DNA of 64,000 nt from Pristiophorus japonicus (taxonomy: Eukaryota), in NCBI RefSeq assembly GCF_044704955.1, contig NC_091999.1, positions 53,754,001 to 53,818,000 of the forward strand, read 5' to 3'. Position numbers and translations under genes: made by a program. This document shows, piece after piece, positions 43,203 through 53,960 of this stretch (position 1 is the first letter of the stretch; each line of letters starts with the position of its first letter). The notes beneath the pieces are model-generated. The model worked only from the letters and a program-made list of their open reading frames with translations, ran no database searches and was not told the DNA's origin.

Positions 43203-45299
43203 TTAACCTATTGTGGGGGAGGGAGTGGAGTCTTTTGTTGAACTCCGCTCCCTCCGCAGCCCAGCGAGGAGTCCCTCGAGCTCGCGCAGCTCAAGGTGCT
43301 GCTCCTTTGTCAAGGGCCCGCCCGCGGCCAAGGTTTTAACGGCGGCGCGGACGGACCCCTTGATCAGCTCCGGCTCGGACCATTTTTCCAGGGCCAGTCG
43401 GGCTTGGTCGCGGCGACCCCGGCTCTGGGCCAAAAAGTCCCGGAGTTCCTTTGCAGGAACGAGGAGGGCCTCAGCGGCGGCCGCGAGCAGATCCACCGCC
43501 TCCCTGGTGGTGGTCTCTAGGTCTTCACCCGCGTCCCCCACCGAGTCCCCGTCCTCCTCCGGGAGGTGGCCGCCAGCAGCCGGCCCATCGACCGCACAAG
43601 GTACGGCAAATGAACCGGCCGCTCCAACCGGCCCTGGCACTGCCCCGATCCCACCCCCAGGATCGTCGGCAGAGGAGTCCCCACTGGGCTCTTTTAAAAA
43701 TGGTGCTGGGTTGGGAAATGACAGCGGAAGGGGTTCCCCCTCCGCCCCAGGAACCGGAGAACAAGGAGAGACCCGGCCATAGGAAATCCCCAGGCCCTCC
43801 AAGTGCTCCAGCTCCAAAGTAAGGGGCGAGGGTGGGTGTTCCTCCCCCTCCCCGCTGCCACCCCCCGGCCCAGCATCTACAGTGTCATAATTATTTAATT
43901 GTTTTTCTGCCGGGTCGAGCGACTCCCGGGGGAAGTTGGATAATAGCTGGGCGGGCTCAGGTTCGGCCTTTTCGGCCTCGCCCGCCTCAGTCCCCGGGAC
44001 GCCCGGCCCGGCGGCTACGCATTCTTCCGCGGTCCCCACGCCCCCCACGACAGGCAGATCTTCCACTCCATCCCCGGGAGGCAGAGGCTGGGCAGCCTCA
44101 ACTGTCTCACCCTCCCCGGGGAAAGACTCCTCGCGCCTGCAGCGCAATTTGGGGGCGCTGGTGGGGGACGCGGGACACGCGGCGGGCACCGCCTCCTCCG
44201 CGGAGGGATGTTGTTCCCCCTCCGCCTCATTGGGGCGGTGCCTCTTTTTGTTCCTGGGGGCGCGCGGAGTCAGGGAGACCTCCATGTCTGCCGAGGCCTC
44301 CCGCTGCGCCCCCCCCTTTTCCTTTTCTTGCCCGCGCCTGGGCCCCTCTGTGGTGGTATTCAAGGGCCCGGGCACGGGCTCGGGGCACCCCGCGCTCGCC
44401 GGTGACTGGGTTGGGCTGAGCGCGGTGGTCAGACTTTCCGGCGCACCGAGGGGACCCGCCTCTAGATGTTTCTCCTTCTTCCGCGCCTTCTTTCCGCTCG
44501 GACGCTCTCCCTCCCCCCCGCCGGAGGCCCTGAAAACAAAGGCCTCCGACGATGCCCGCGCACCCATGGCTCCCGGCACGCGGACGCAACTAGGGGGAGG
44601 GGTGGCGGCAGCGCCAGCCTTGGCCGCCTTCGGTGGTTTGGCGGCCTTGGAGGCGGGGCAGTTCTTGCGAACATGCCCCACCTCCCTGCAGGCATGGCAC
44701 CGCACGCCGTCCGACGTCCAGAAGACGCGGTAGGCAGTCCCCTCGTGCACCACGTTAAAATCTCCCTCCGTCGTGTCCTCCCGCGCCAGCCGGACAAAGA
44801 GCTGGCGGCGGAAGGAGAACACGTGGCGCAGGCTGCTCTCCCTGAGGCCGAGCGGTATGGGGTTGATCCCTGACCTTACCTCCCCCAGTTGTTGTAGGTG
44901 AGGGCGGAGGAGCTCAGCGGAAACAAAGGGCGGGACGTTTGAAATGATGACCCTCTGCGCGGTGGCCTCGAGAGGGTCCACCGGCAGGAGCGTCCCGCCC
45001 ACCGTGAGCCCCTTTTCAAGGGCCAGGGACACCGCCCGCTCCGACCCCAGGAAGAACACGGCCTTCCCAGACATCTTGGAGGCTGCGACAATGGCCGAGG
45101 GGCCGACTACCCCAGCCATCGCCCGCACGCACTCCTCAATGCTCATTGTGGGGTGAGTGTAGCTCTTGACCCCGTGTTTCCTGGTTATAAGTCTGAACGG
45201 TGGCAGGGCAGCGGGTGGCGCAGGAGGTGCCGTGGATGTGGACACCGCCTGCGCATACGTCCTTGCTGGCCCTGCCACCGGCGTGGATGGGGTCGCCAT
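43203..45299 (-). CDS. Tx1 ORF1, copy B, intact
   Basis: 698-aa open frame; CCHC knuckle; near-identical to copy A outside the central region. Confidence 0.93.
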   Translation of the reverse strand: MATPSTPVAGPARTYAQAVSTSTAPPAPPAALPPFRLITRKHGVKSYTHPTMSIEECVRAMAGVVGPSAIVAASKMSGKAVFFLGSERAVSLALEKGLTVGGTLLPVDPLEATAQRVIISNVPPFVSAELLRPHLQQLGEVRSGINPIPLGLRESSLRHVFSFRRQLFVRLAREDTTEGDFNVVHEGTAYRVFWTSDGVRCHACREVGHVRKNCPASKAAKPPKAAKAGAAATPPPSCVRVPGAMGARASSEAFVFRASGGGEGERPSGKKARKKEKHLEAGPLGAPESLTTALSPTQSPASAGCPEPVPGPLNTTTEGPRRGQEKEKGGAQREASADMEVSLTPRAPRNKKRHRPNEAEGEQHPSAEEAVPAACPASPTSAPKLRCRREESFPGEGETVEAAQPLPPGDGVEDLPVVGGVGTAEECVAAGPGVPGTEAGEAEKAEPEPAQLLSNFPRESLDPAEKQLNNYDTVDAGPGGGSGEGEEHPPSPLTLELEHLEGLGISYGRVSPCSPVPGAEGEPLPLSFPNPAPFLKEPSGDSSADDPGGGIGAVPGPVGAAGSFAVPCAVDGPAAGGHLPEEDGDSVGDAGEDLETTTREAVDLLAAAAEALLVPAKELRDFLAQSRGRRDQARLALEKWSEPELIKGSVRAAVKTLAAGGPLTKEQHLELRELEGLLAGLRRERSSTKDSTPSPTIG

Positions 45300-46289
45300 C
45301 ACGGGGTCCCTTTAAGGGCTACACCCACCCCAAAGTCACAGGCCTTAATGGTCTTTAATGGCCTCTTATGTTAACTGAGCAGAGGAGACCTTAACGAGGC
45401 ACCTCTCCCCTCGTTGACAATTGGGGAGAGGCCTTGCTCCCTCTGCTCAGTTGTCTTAATTGTTTTTTTTTTTAAATTTGGAAGGAAAGGGTTCTCAGAG
45501 AGAGAGGGGAGAAACAGAGTAGCAGAGAAAAGAGAGAGGGGGGTGGGAAGGGGGGGGGGGGCTGCGAGGGCAGGTCTCTCCTCGCAGCTGTGGGTGGGTG
45601 CACTCCCCAGATGGCAAAACACAAAAGTCTTTGGGGTGGTCTTCAGGTGGGGGGAGAAGATGTCTTCACCTGGGGTAGCTGGAGCCACCAGGCACTCCTA
45701 ACGATCTTTAATTGGGTGATTAATAACAATCTTCAGCCTGGTAGCTCCAGCTATCCCAGGCTAGGCAAATGTGGGGGGGTGGGGGGGGTTCCAATTGTGG
45801 GGGGGGCCTAGTTGTAAGCAAGGCCCCCACACACACTACCACACACACACACACCCCCCGCGATGTTCCGGCCCTCAGTGGTCTTCTTTCCTCCCCCCAC
45901 CGAAACAACAAAGTCTTTTGGGGAAATGCACCCACACCCACCTGTAGAATGTTGGGTCTCCCTCCTTCCACACTGGTTTGTTGTTGGTTTTTCCCCCTCT
46001 CTCCAACTCCTTGCAGAAATGGTAAGGTTGTTTAAAGTTTTCTGCTTTTTCCTCCTCTCCCTCTGGGTAAAAGTGGTAGTGAAGCCCCTTCCTTCCTTCT
46101 CCTCCTGGGCTTGTCTCAGGGCTCTCCAGGCAGGAGCACAAGTTGCTAGCTGCTTCCCTCACTGCTCACAGCTCCAACTGAGCAGGACACGCCTCCACTC
46201 CTCCACGATTGGTCCTTGTGCATGAATCACAGAAGGATAGTTTGCAGGTTCTGGGATTCGATGGTGTCTCAGGTCTCACTAGCAGCTGT

Positions 46290-46800
46290 GCTGCCTGATG
46301 GGTGATTGACAGCCGAGAGTCTGCGCATGCGCACCTGGAAACACGTCCGGCACAGTGCCCCGTCGAGGTCGACATCGGTAATAACAGCGCATGCTCAGGG
46401 GACACCAACCGCTTCCTCCCCCCACATTCGGAGCTGCGCCTGCGAACTCGGATCCTGTGGTGTGGAGTCGGCACGGCACCTTCCAGGGAAAGGCGTTTGT
46501 GTCCGTTAAGAGCCGTGAGCGGTGACGCAAAGTGAGTTTTCTCCGCTCAGAGAATTGCGCGGGGGGATAGGGATAGAATAAAGGGAGATCCATATCCGAG
46601 AGTCCGCCCATCCGGGTCCCCGAGAACAGTTTCCACCAGTTTGGCAGAGCGCGCCCGAGGGACAAGTGACCCGGGCCTGATTGACAGGAGCTCCCGACCA
46701 ATGCGGAGCGAGCGGGGCGGGGCTGGAGAAGCGAGCTGGCGGAGGGTCCTCCAACCAATCCGGGAGCCTGAGGGGCGGGATTTGTGCCGCTGATTGTCTG
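46290..46800. promoter_or_regulatory. CpG-island promoter (NRF1, CCAAT boxes, GC boxes)
   Basis: TGCGCATGCGCA 46322-46333; CCAAT at ~46698 and ~46755; GGGGCGGG at ~46714 and ~46772. Confidence 0.65.
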
Positions 46801-46886
46801 AGCTGCAGGGCACGACCTTGTGCAGTCCCTTCTTCAGGGCCTGGGGCCAGGGGAAGCAATGTGCCTTTATTGTGGGCCCTTTTGAA

Positions 46887-47230
46887 CATCATCATCATCA
46901 TCATCATAGGCAGTCCTTCGGAATCGAGGCAGACTTGCTTCCACTCCTGAAGTGAGTTATTTGGTGGCTACATAGTCCAATACAAGAACCACAGACTGTC
47001 ACTGGTGGGCGGAACAGGTTTGCCGCGCACTACATCCGCTACCTGCGCTTGACCTCTTCAAGCTCTCGATATTGAAACTCGAGGCGCTCAGTGCCCTCCC
47101 GGATGCACTTTCTCCATCCAGGGCAGTCTTTGGCCAGGGACTCCCAGGTGTCAGTGATGATGTCGCACTTTATCAGGGAAGCTTTGAGGGTGTTGTTGTA
47201 ACATTTCTGCTGCCAACCTTTGGCTCCTGA
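46887..47230 (-). mobile_element. RTE-clade LINE 3' fragment with (GAT)n tail
   Basis: The minus strand encodes TLKASLIKCDIITDTWESLAKDCPGWRKCIREG; (CAT)n at 46887-46906. Confidence 0.8.
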
Positions 47231-47349
47231 ACCGTGGACACAAGGCTCTGGGGCTCACAACCCACTGGCTCACATTTTAATGAAGATTTTTTAAATTTAG
47301 CATTTTAACATAGACTTGTCATGAATAAAAGCAGACAAACTCCGTGTTT

Positions 47350-50300
47350 CTGCTGAACAGTCGGGAGCAGACCAGCATCGCAAGACCTGAGCGGACGCGG
47401 GAGTACAAATGGCAGCAGTCAGTAGGAGGGCAGCATCGTCAGACCTGAGCGGACGCGGGAGTACAAAGAGCGGCAGTCAGGAGGAGGCCAGCATCGCGAG
47501 ACCTGAGCGGACGCGGGAGTACAAAGAGCGGCAGTTAGGAGGAGGCCAGCATCGCGAGACCTGAGCGGACGCGGGAGTACAAAGAGCGGCAGTCAGGAGG
47601 AGGCCAGCTGCAGCAAAAACATAAAGTAAAAAAAAAAAATCGAAATCGAAGTGTGACGTCACAGCCAAGCAGGTAAGTGATTGGCTGGTGGATTGGTGAG
47701 TATTTTTTAAAAATCTTTGTCATTGCTATAGGTTAGGAACTGCAATTAAATATTTGTGATCTTTATTATCTAAGGAGAACCAGTTAATTAAATCGGCTCT
47801 GTGATGAAACAGTTTGGCTGGAGATAAGGAATAATGAAGGGAAACCCCACAGATTAAAAGGGTACAGGAGGATAGGGAATGGGTGACCGTCGCACACAAG
47901 AGTATGGCGAGGCAGGTAGTACAGGAGTCCCCTGAGGCTATCCTGCTCTCCAGCTGGTATTCTATACTGACTACTGGCGAGGGCGGTGATGCCTCTGGGG
48001 AGTGCAGCCAGGGCCAATTCCACAGCACCGTGGGTGGCTCAGCTGCACAGAGGGGGTGGGAGGAAGAAGACAGGAAGGGCTATAGTGATAGGAGATTCAA
48101 TAGTTAGGGAGCAGATAGGCGCTTCTACGGCAGCAAAAGTGACATCAGGATTGTGTGTTGCCTCCCTGGTGCAAGGGTCAATTATGTCACTGAGCGACTG
48201 CAATGCATTCTGGGGAGGGAAGGGGAACTGCCAGTGGTTGTTGTCCACATTGGTACCAACGACATAGGTAGAAAGAGGGGTGACGTCCTGAAAGCTGAGT
48301 TGAGGGAGCTAGGAGTAAGATTGAAAGCCAGGACCTCAAAGTTGGTAATCTCGGGATTACTGCCAGTGCCACGTACTAGTGAGGGTAGAAATAGGAAGGC
48401 TAGTCAGATAAATACGAGGCTGGGGCATTGGTGTAGGAGGGAGGGCTTTAGTTTCGTGAACAATTGGGACCGCTTCTGGGGTAGGTGAGATCTGTTCAAG
48501 TCGGACAGTTTACACCTCAACAGAGACGGGACCAATGTTCTCGTGGGTGGTTTTGATAGTGCAGTTGGGAGGGCTTTAAACTAGCTTGGCAGGGGGATGG
48601 GAACCCAAGAGAGGGCTCGGAGCTAGTTAGAGTGGGTGAGAGCTCAGATGAACAGAACCCGAAGAAAGGATGCAAAAGGCAAGAGTAGCACTGGGTAAGT
48701 GTAAACTACAAGGTGATAGGAAGGGACAATATGTATGAAAATAAAGGGGCTGCAGGAGGGGTCAAAACTAAAAATCAGGGTTTAAAAACTGGTATTAAAA
48801 CACTTTACCAAAACGCACGCAGCATTCGAAACAAAGTAAATGAGTTGATAGCACAAATCATTACAAATGGATATTATTTGGTGACCATTACAGGAACGTG
48901 ATTGCAGGGTGGCCAAGACTGGGAATTAAACATGCAGGGGTAGCTGACAATTCGGAAAGATAGACAAGAAGGGAAAGGAGATGGGTAGCTCTGTTAATAA
49001 AGGATGATATCAGGGCAGTTGTGAGAGAAAATATTGGCTCCAATTAACAAAATGTTGAATCATTGTGGGTGGCGATTAGAGATAGTAAGGAGAAAAAGTC
49101 ACTGGTGGGCGTATTTATAGGCCCCCAAATAATAACTTCACGGTGGGGCAGACAATAATCAAGGGAATAATGGAGGCATGTGAAAAAGGAACGGCAGCAA
49201 TCATGGGGGATTTTAACCTACATATCGATTGGTCAAATCAATTCGCACGGGGTAGCCTTGAGGAGGAATGTATAGAATGCATACGGGATTGTTTCTTCGA
49301 ACAGTATGTTACAGAATCAACAAGGGAGCAAGCTATCTTAGATCTGGTCCTGTGTAATGAGACAAGATTAATAAACGATCTCCGAGTAAAAGATCCTCTC
49401 GGAATGAGTGATAACAGTATGGTTCAATTTGTAATTCAGATTGAGGGTGAGGAAGTAGTGTCTCAAACGAGTAGACTATGCTTAAACAAAGGGGACTATA
49501 GTGGGATGTGGGCAGAGTTGGCGAAAGTAGACTGAGAACACAGACTAAACGGTGGCACAATTGAGGAACAGTGGAGGACTTTTAAGGAGCTCTTTCATAA
49601 TGCTCAACAAAAATATATTCCAGTGAAAAAGAAGGGTGGTAAGAGAAGGGATAACCAGCCGTGGATAACCAAGGAAATAAAGGAGAGTATCAAATTAAAA
49701 ACCAATGCGTATAAGGTGGCCAAGGTTAGTGGGAAACTAGAAGATTGGGAAAATTTTAAACGACAGCAAAGAATGACTAAGAAAGCAATAAAGAAAGGAA
49801 AGATCGATTACGAAAGTAAACTTGCGCAAAACATAAAAACAGATAGTAAAAGCTTTTATCAATATATAAAACGGAAAAGAGTGACTAAAGTAAATGTTGG
49901 TCCCTTAGAAGATGAGAACGGGGATATAATAATGGTAAATGTGGAAATGGCTGAGACCGTAAACAATTATTTTGCTTCGGTCTTCACAGTGGAAGACACA
50001 AAAACCATGCCAAAAATTGCTGGTCACGGGAATGTGGGAAGGGAGGACCTTGAAACAATCACAATCACTAGGAGGGTAGTGCTGGACAGGCTAATGGGAC
50101 TCAAGGTAGACAAGTCCCCTGGTCCTGATGAAATGCATCCCAGGGTATTAAAACATATGGCAGAAGTTATAGCAGATGCATTCGTTATAATCTACCAAAA
50201 TTCTCTGGACTCTGGGGAGGTACCAGCGGATTGGAAAGCAGTTAATGTAACGTCTCTGTTTAAAAAATGTGGCAGACAAAAGCCAGGTAACTATAGGCTG

Positions 50301-51685
50301 GTTAGTTTACCATCTGTCTTGGGGAAAATGCTTGAAGCTATCTTTAAGGAAGAAATAGCGGGACATTTAGATAGGAATCGTGCAATCAAGCAGACGCAAC
50401 ATGGATTCAAGAAGGGGAAATCATGTTTAACTAATTTACTGGAATTCTTTGAGGATATATCGAGCATGGTGGATAGAGGTGTACCGATGGATGTGATGTA
50501 TTTAGATTTCTAAAAGGCATTCGATAAGGTGCCACACAAAAGGTTACTGCAGATGATAAAGGTATGCGAAGTCAGAGGAAATGTATTAGCATGGATCGAG
50601 AATTGGCTGGCTAATAGAAAGCAGAGAGTCGGGATAAATGGGTCCTTTTCGGGTTGGAAATCGGTGGTTAGTGGTATGCCACAGGGATCGGTGCTGGGAC
50701 CACAACTGTGTACAATATACATAGATGACCTGGCAAAGGGGACAGAGTGTAGTGCAACAAAATTTGCAGATGACACAAAGATTAGTGGGAAAGCGGGTTG
50801 TGTAGAGGACACAGAGAGGCTGCAAAGAGATTTAGATAGGTTAAGCGAATGGGCTAAGATTTGGCAGATGGAATACAATGTCGGAAAATGTGAGGTCATC
50901 CACCTTGGAAAAAAACAGTAAAAGGCAATATTATTTGAATGGGGAGAAATTACAACATGCTGCGGTGCAGAGGGACCTGGAGGTTCTTGTGCATGAATCC
51001 CAAAAAGTTAGTTTAAAGGTGCAGCAGGTAGTCAGGAAGGCGAATGGAATATTGACGTTCATTGCGAGAGGGATGGAGTACAAAAGCATGGAGGTCCTGC
51101 TGCAACTGTATCGGGTATTGGTGAGGCCGCATCTGGAGTACTGCGTGCAGTTTTGGTCACCTTACTTAAGGAAGGATACACTAGCTTTGGAGAGGATACA
51201 GAGACGATTCACTGAGCTGATTCCGGAGATGAGGGGCTTACCTTATGATGATAGATTGAGTAGACTGGGTCTTTACTCGTTGGAGTTCAGAAGGATGAGG
51301 GGTGATCTTATAGAAACATTTAAAATAATGAAAGGGATAGACAAGATAGAGGCAGAGAGGTTGTTTCCACTGGTCGGGGAGACTAGAACTAGGGGGCACA
51401 TCCTCAAAATATGGGGGAGCCAATTTAAAACCGAGTTGAGAAGGAATTTCTTCTCCCACAGTGTTGTGAATCTGTGGAATTCTCTGCCCACGGAAGCAGT
51501 TGAGGCGAGTTCATTGAATATATTCAAATCACAGATAGATATATGTTTAACCAATAAGGGAATTAAGGGTTATCGGGAGCAGGCGGGTAAGTGGAGCTGA
51601 GTCCACGGCCAGATCAGCCATGATCTTGTTGAGTGGTTGAGCAGGTTCGAGGGGCTAGATGGCCTACTTCTGTTCCTAATTCTTA
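47350..51685 (+). mobile_element. Near-full-length, decayed CR1 LINE
   Basis: 5' 58-bp repeats; ORF1 SGNH-esterase motifs (IGDSIVR, CLPGA, HIGTND, LHLN); ORF2 EN/RT pieces (YQNARSI, MGDFN, KSPGPD, PQGSVLGP, KFADD) with stops and frameshifts; CR1 3' end. Confidence 0.93.
47372..47608 (+). repeat. 58-bp CpG-rich tandem monomers in the CR1 5' UTR (4 copies)
   Basis: GTACAAAG at 47461, 47519 and 47577, with a more diverged first copy. Confidence 0.85.
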
Positions 51686-52440
51686 AAAAGTCACTTGGTG
51701 GGTGTAGTCTATAAGACCCCTAACAGTAGCAACTTGTTGGTAGAAGTATAAACCAGGAAATAGTGGGTGCTTGTAAAAAGGGAACAGCAATAATCATAGG
51801 TGATTTTAACCTCCATATTGATTGGAGAAATCAAATTGGTCAGGTAGCCTTGAGGAAGAGTTCATAGAATGCATAATGGATGGGTTCCTTGAACAGTATG
51901 CAACGGAACCAACAAGGGGGCAGGCTATCTTAGATCTGGTCCTGTGTAATGAGACAGGATTAATAAACAATCTCCTGGTAAAGGATCCCCTTGGAATGAG
52001 TAGCATGATTCAATTTCAAATTCAGTTGGCGGATCTCTAACCAGCGTACTAAGCTTAAATAAAGGAGACTATGAAGGGATGAGGGCTGAGTTGGCTAAAG
52101 TGGACTGGGAAAATAGATTAAAGTGTAGGATGGTTGGTGTACATTTAAGGAGATATTTCACAACTCTCAAGAAAAATATATCCCTGTGAGGAGGAAAGGG
52201 CGTAAGAGAAAAGATGGCCATCCATTGGTAACTAAAACTGTTTCAACATCCTGATCATTTGAGCCAATATCGTTTCTCACTATGGCAGTGATTCCATCTT
52301 TTATCTTCAGAGCTACCCCACCTCCTTTTCTTTTATGTCTGTCCTTCCGGATTGTCAAGTACCCTGAAATGTTAAGTTCCCAGTCTTGGTCACCTTGCAA
52401 CCCAGTCTCTGTAATGGCTATCAGGTCATATCCATTTGTA
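51686..52440. mobile_element. Rearranged CR1 endonuclease fragments (+ 51686-~52230; - ~52232-52440)
   Basis: The + piece parallels 49095-49680; the - piece (QGDQDWELNISGYL...GGGVAL) parallels 48865-49065. Confidence 0.82.
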
Positions 52441-52647
52441 ACTGGTGTTGGTCGTAAACCCTGAATAAGAAGCTAGAGCTCTCACGTTTGCAGCTCCAGG
52501 ACATTTTCACGGCAATAGGCCCAGGTTGGCGGCCTTTGTAAAGGAATGCCGCAGGTTTGTGCATCGCTATCGCTGTTCGTCAAGCCGTAGAGCGCATGTG
52601 TTGCCATCTTTGTAAACGAACACAGAGTGTTTGGGTCTTCAATGTCC

Positions 52648-53183
52648 CAGTGAGTGTAGAAGTGAACCCAGCCAGAATCAGCACCATCAGGGGAGGAGAG
52701 GGAGGGGAAGCAGTGAGTGTAGAAGTGAACCCAGCCAGAGTCAGCACCATCAGGGGAGGAGAGGGAGGGGAAGCAGTGAGTGTGGAAGTGAACCCAGCCA
52801 GAGTTAGCACCATCAGGGGAGGAGAGGGAGGGGAAGCAGTGAGTGTAGAAGTGAACACAGCCAGAGTCAGCACCATCAGGGGAGGAGAGGGAGGGGAAGC
52901 AGTGAGTGTGGAAGTGAACCCAGCCAGAGTTAGCTCCATCAGGGGAGGAGGGGGAGGGTAGGCAGTGAGTGTAGAAGTGAACCCAGCCAGAGTCAGCACC
53001 ATCAGGGGAGGAGAGGGAGGGGAGGCAGTGATTGTAGAAGTGAACCCAGCCAGAGTCAGCACCATCAGTGGAGGAGAGAGAGGGGCACTAGTGAGTGTAG
53101 AATTGAACCCAGCCAGAGTCAGCACCATCAGGGGAGGAGAGGGAGGGGAACCAGTGAGTGTAGAAGTGAACCCAGCCAGAGTT
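52648..53183 (+). repeat. 57-bp ZNF-associated tandem repeat (~9 units)
   Basis: CAGTGAGTGTAGAAGTGAACCCAGCCAGAGTCAGCACCATCAGGGGAGGAGAGGGAGGGGAAG-type units; 19-aa periodicity. Confidence 0.92.
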
Positions 53184-53379
53184 GGTGTGGAAAACTGGGA
53201 ATGGAGGATAAAATGTCTTGAGACGTGCGATGTGTTTGGATTTCAGTACAGGGAGGAGGCAGCGATTTACAGCTTTGGACGAACAAGAGAGGAAAAAATG
53301 TTCCATAGAAACTAGAATTTATTGTTCTGAATTTGTTTTCTGTACTTATGGTGATGAGATCTGTAAACTCCTTTTACAG

Positions 53380-53960
53380 GGTATTTGAAGGATTTGGAGA
53401 CGGAAAACTCAAACCAAACATCACACCAAGATCTGACGGAGTCACTTGATTCCTGAATATCATCGGCCTTTCAATATAGAAGGAGAATTGTTTGTCTGTT
53501 CTGATTGTGGGAAAATTTTCAAACATCAGTGTGACTGGAGAAGCACCGAGACACACACACCCGAGTGAGTGTTCCAGTGCACTGACTGTGGAAAGAGCTT
53601 TAACCAGTTACACAGGCTGAAAAAACATCGCACCATTCACAGCGGAGAGAACCGTACACGTGTTGTGTGTGTGGACCAGGCTTCAACTGATCATCCAACC
53701 TGGAGAGACACAACGATACACACACCATGGAGAAACCGTGGAAATGTGGGAGGGGATTTAGTTCCCCGTCTAACCTGGATATTCATCGGCGCAGTCACAC
53801 AAGGGGAAGGGATTCGCTCAGCCATCCAGCCTGCAAACACACCAGTGAGTTCACATCAGGAACAGGCCGTTCACCTGCGCCCACTGTGGGAGGGGATTCA
53901 CTTGGTCATCCCACCTGCTGACACACCAGCGAGTTCACACTGGGGAGAGGCTTTCCGCTG
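53380..53960 (+). pseudogene. C2H2 zinc-finger exon, copy 2 (frameshifted, truncated)
   Basis: Acceptor CTTTTACAG 53371-53379; [10 protein letters not shown]...HSGE and MEKPWKC; deletions within the fingers. Confidence 0.85.

Larger units (their letters stand above)
39134..46249 (-). mobile_element. Tx1-clade non-LTR retrotransposon, copy B, full-length and intact (~7.1 kb)
   Basis: ~950-bp 5' UTR, ORF1, ORF2, short 3' UTR, A-rich tail; TSD copies at 39119-39133 and 46250-46264; CpG-rich. Confidence 0.97.

Noticed and set aside
36062-45156. Numerous + strand ORFs (up to 284 aa) opposite the Tx1 ORFs
   Set aside because: Expected shadow ORFs in high-GC coding DNA; no recognisable domains.
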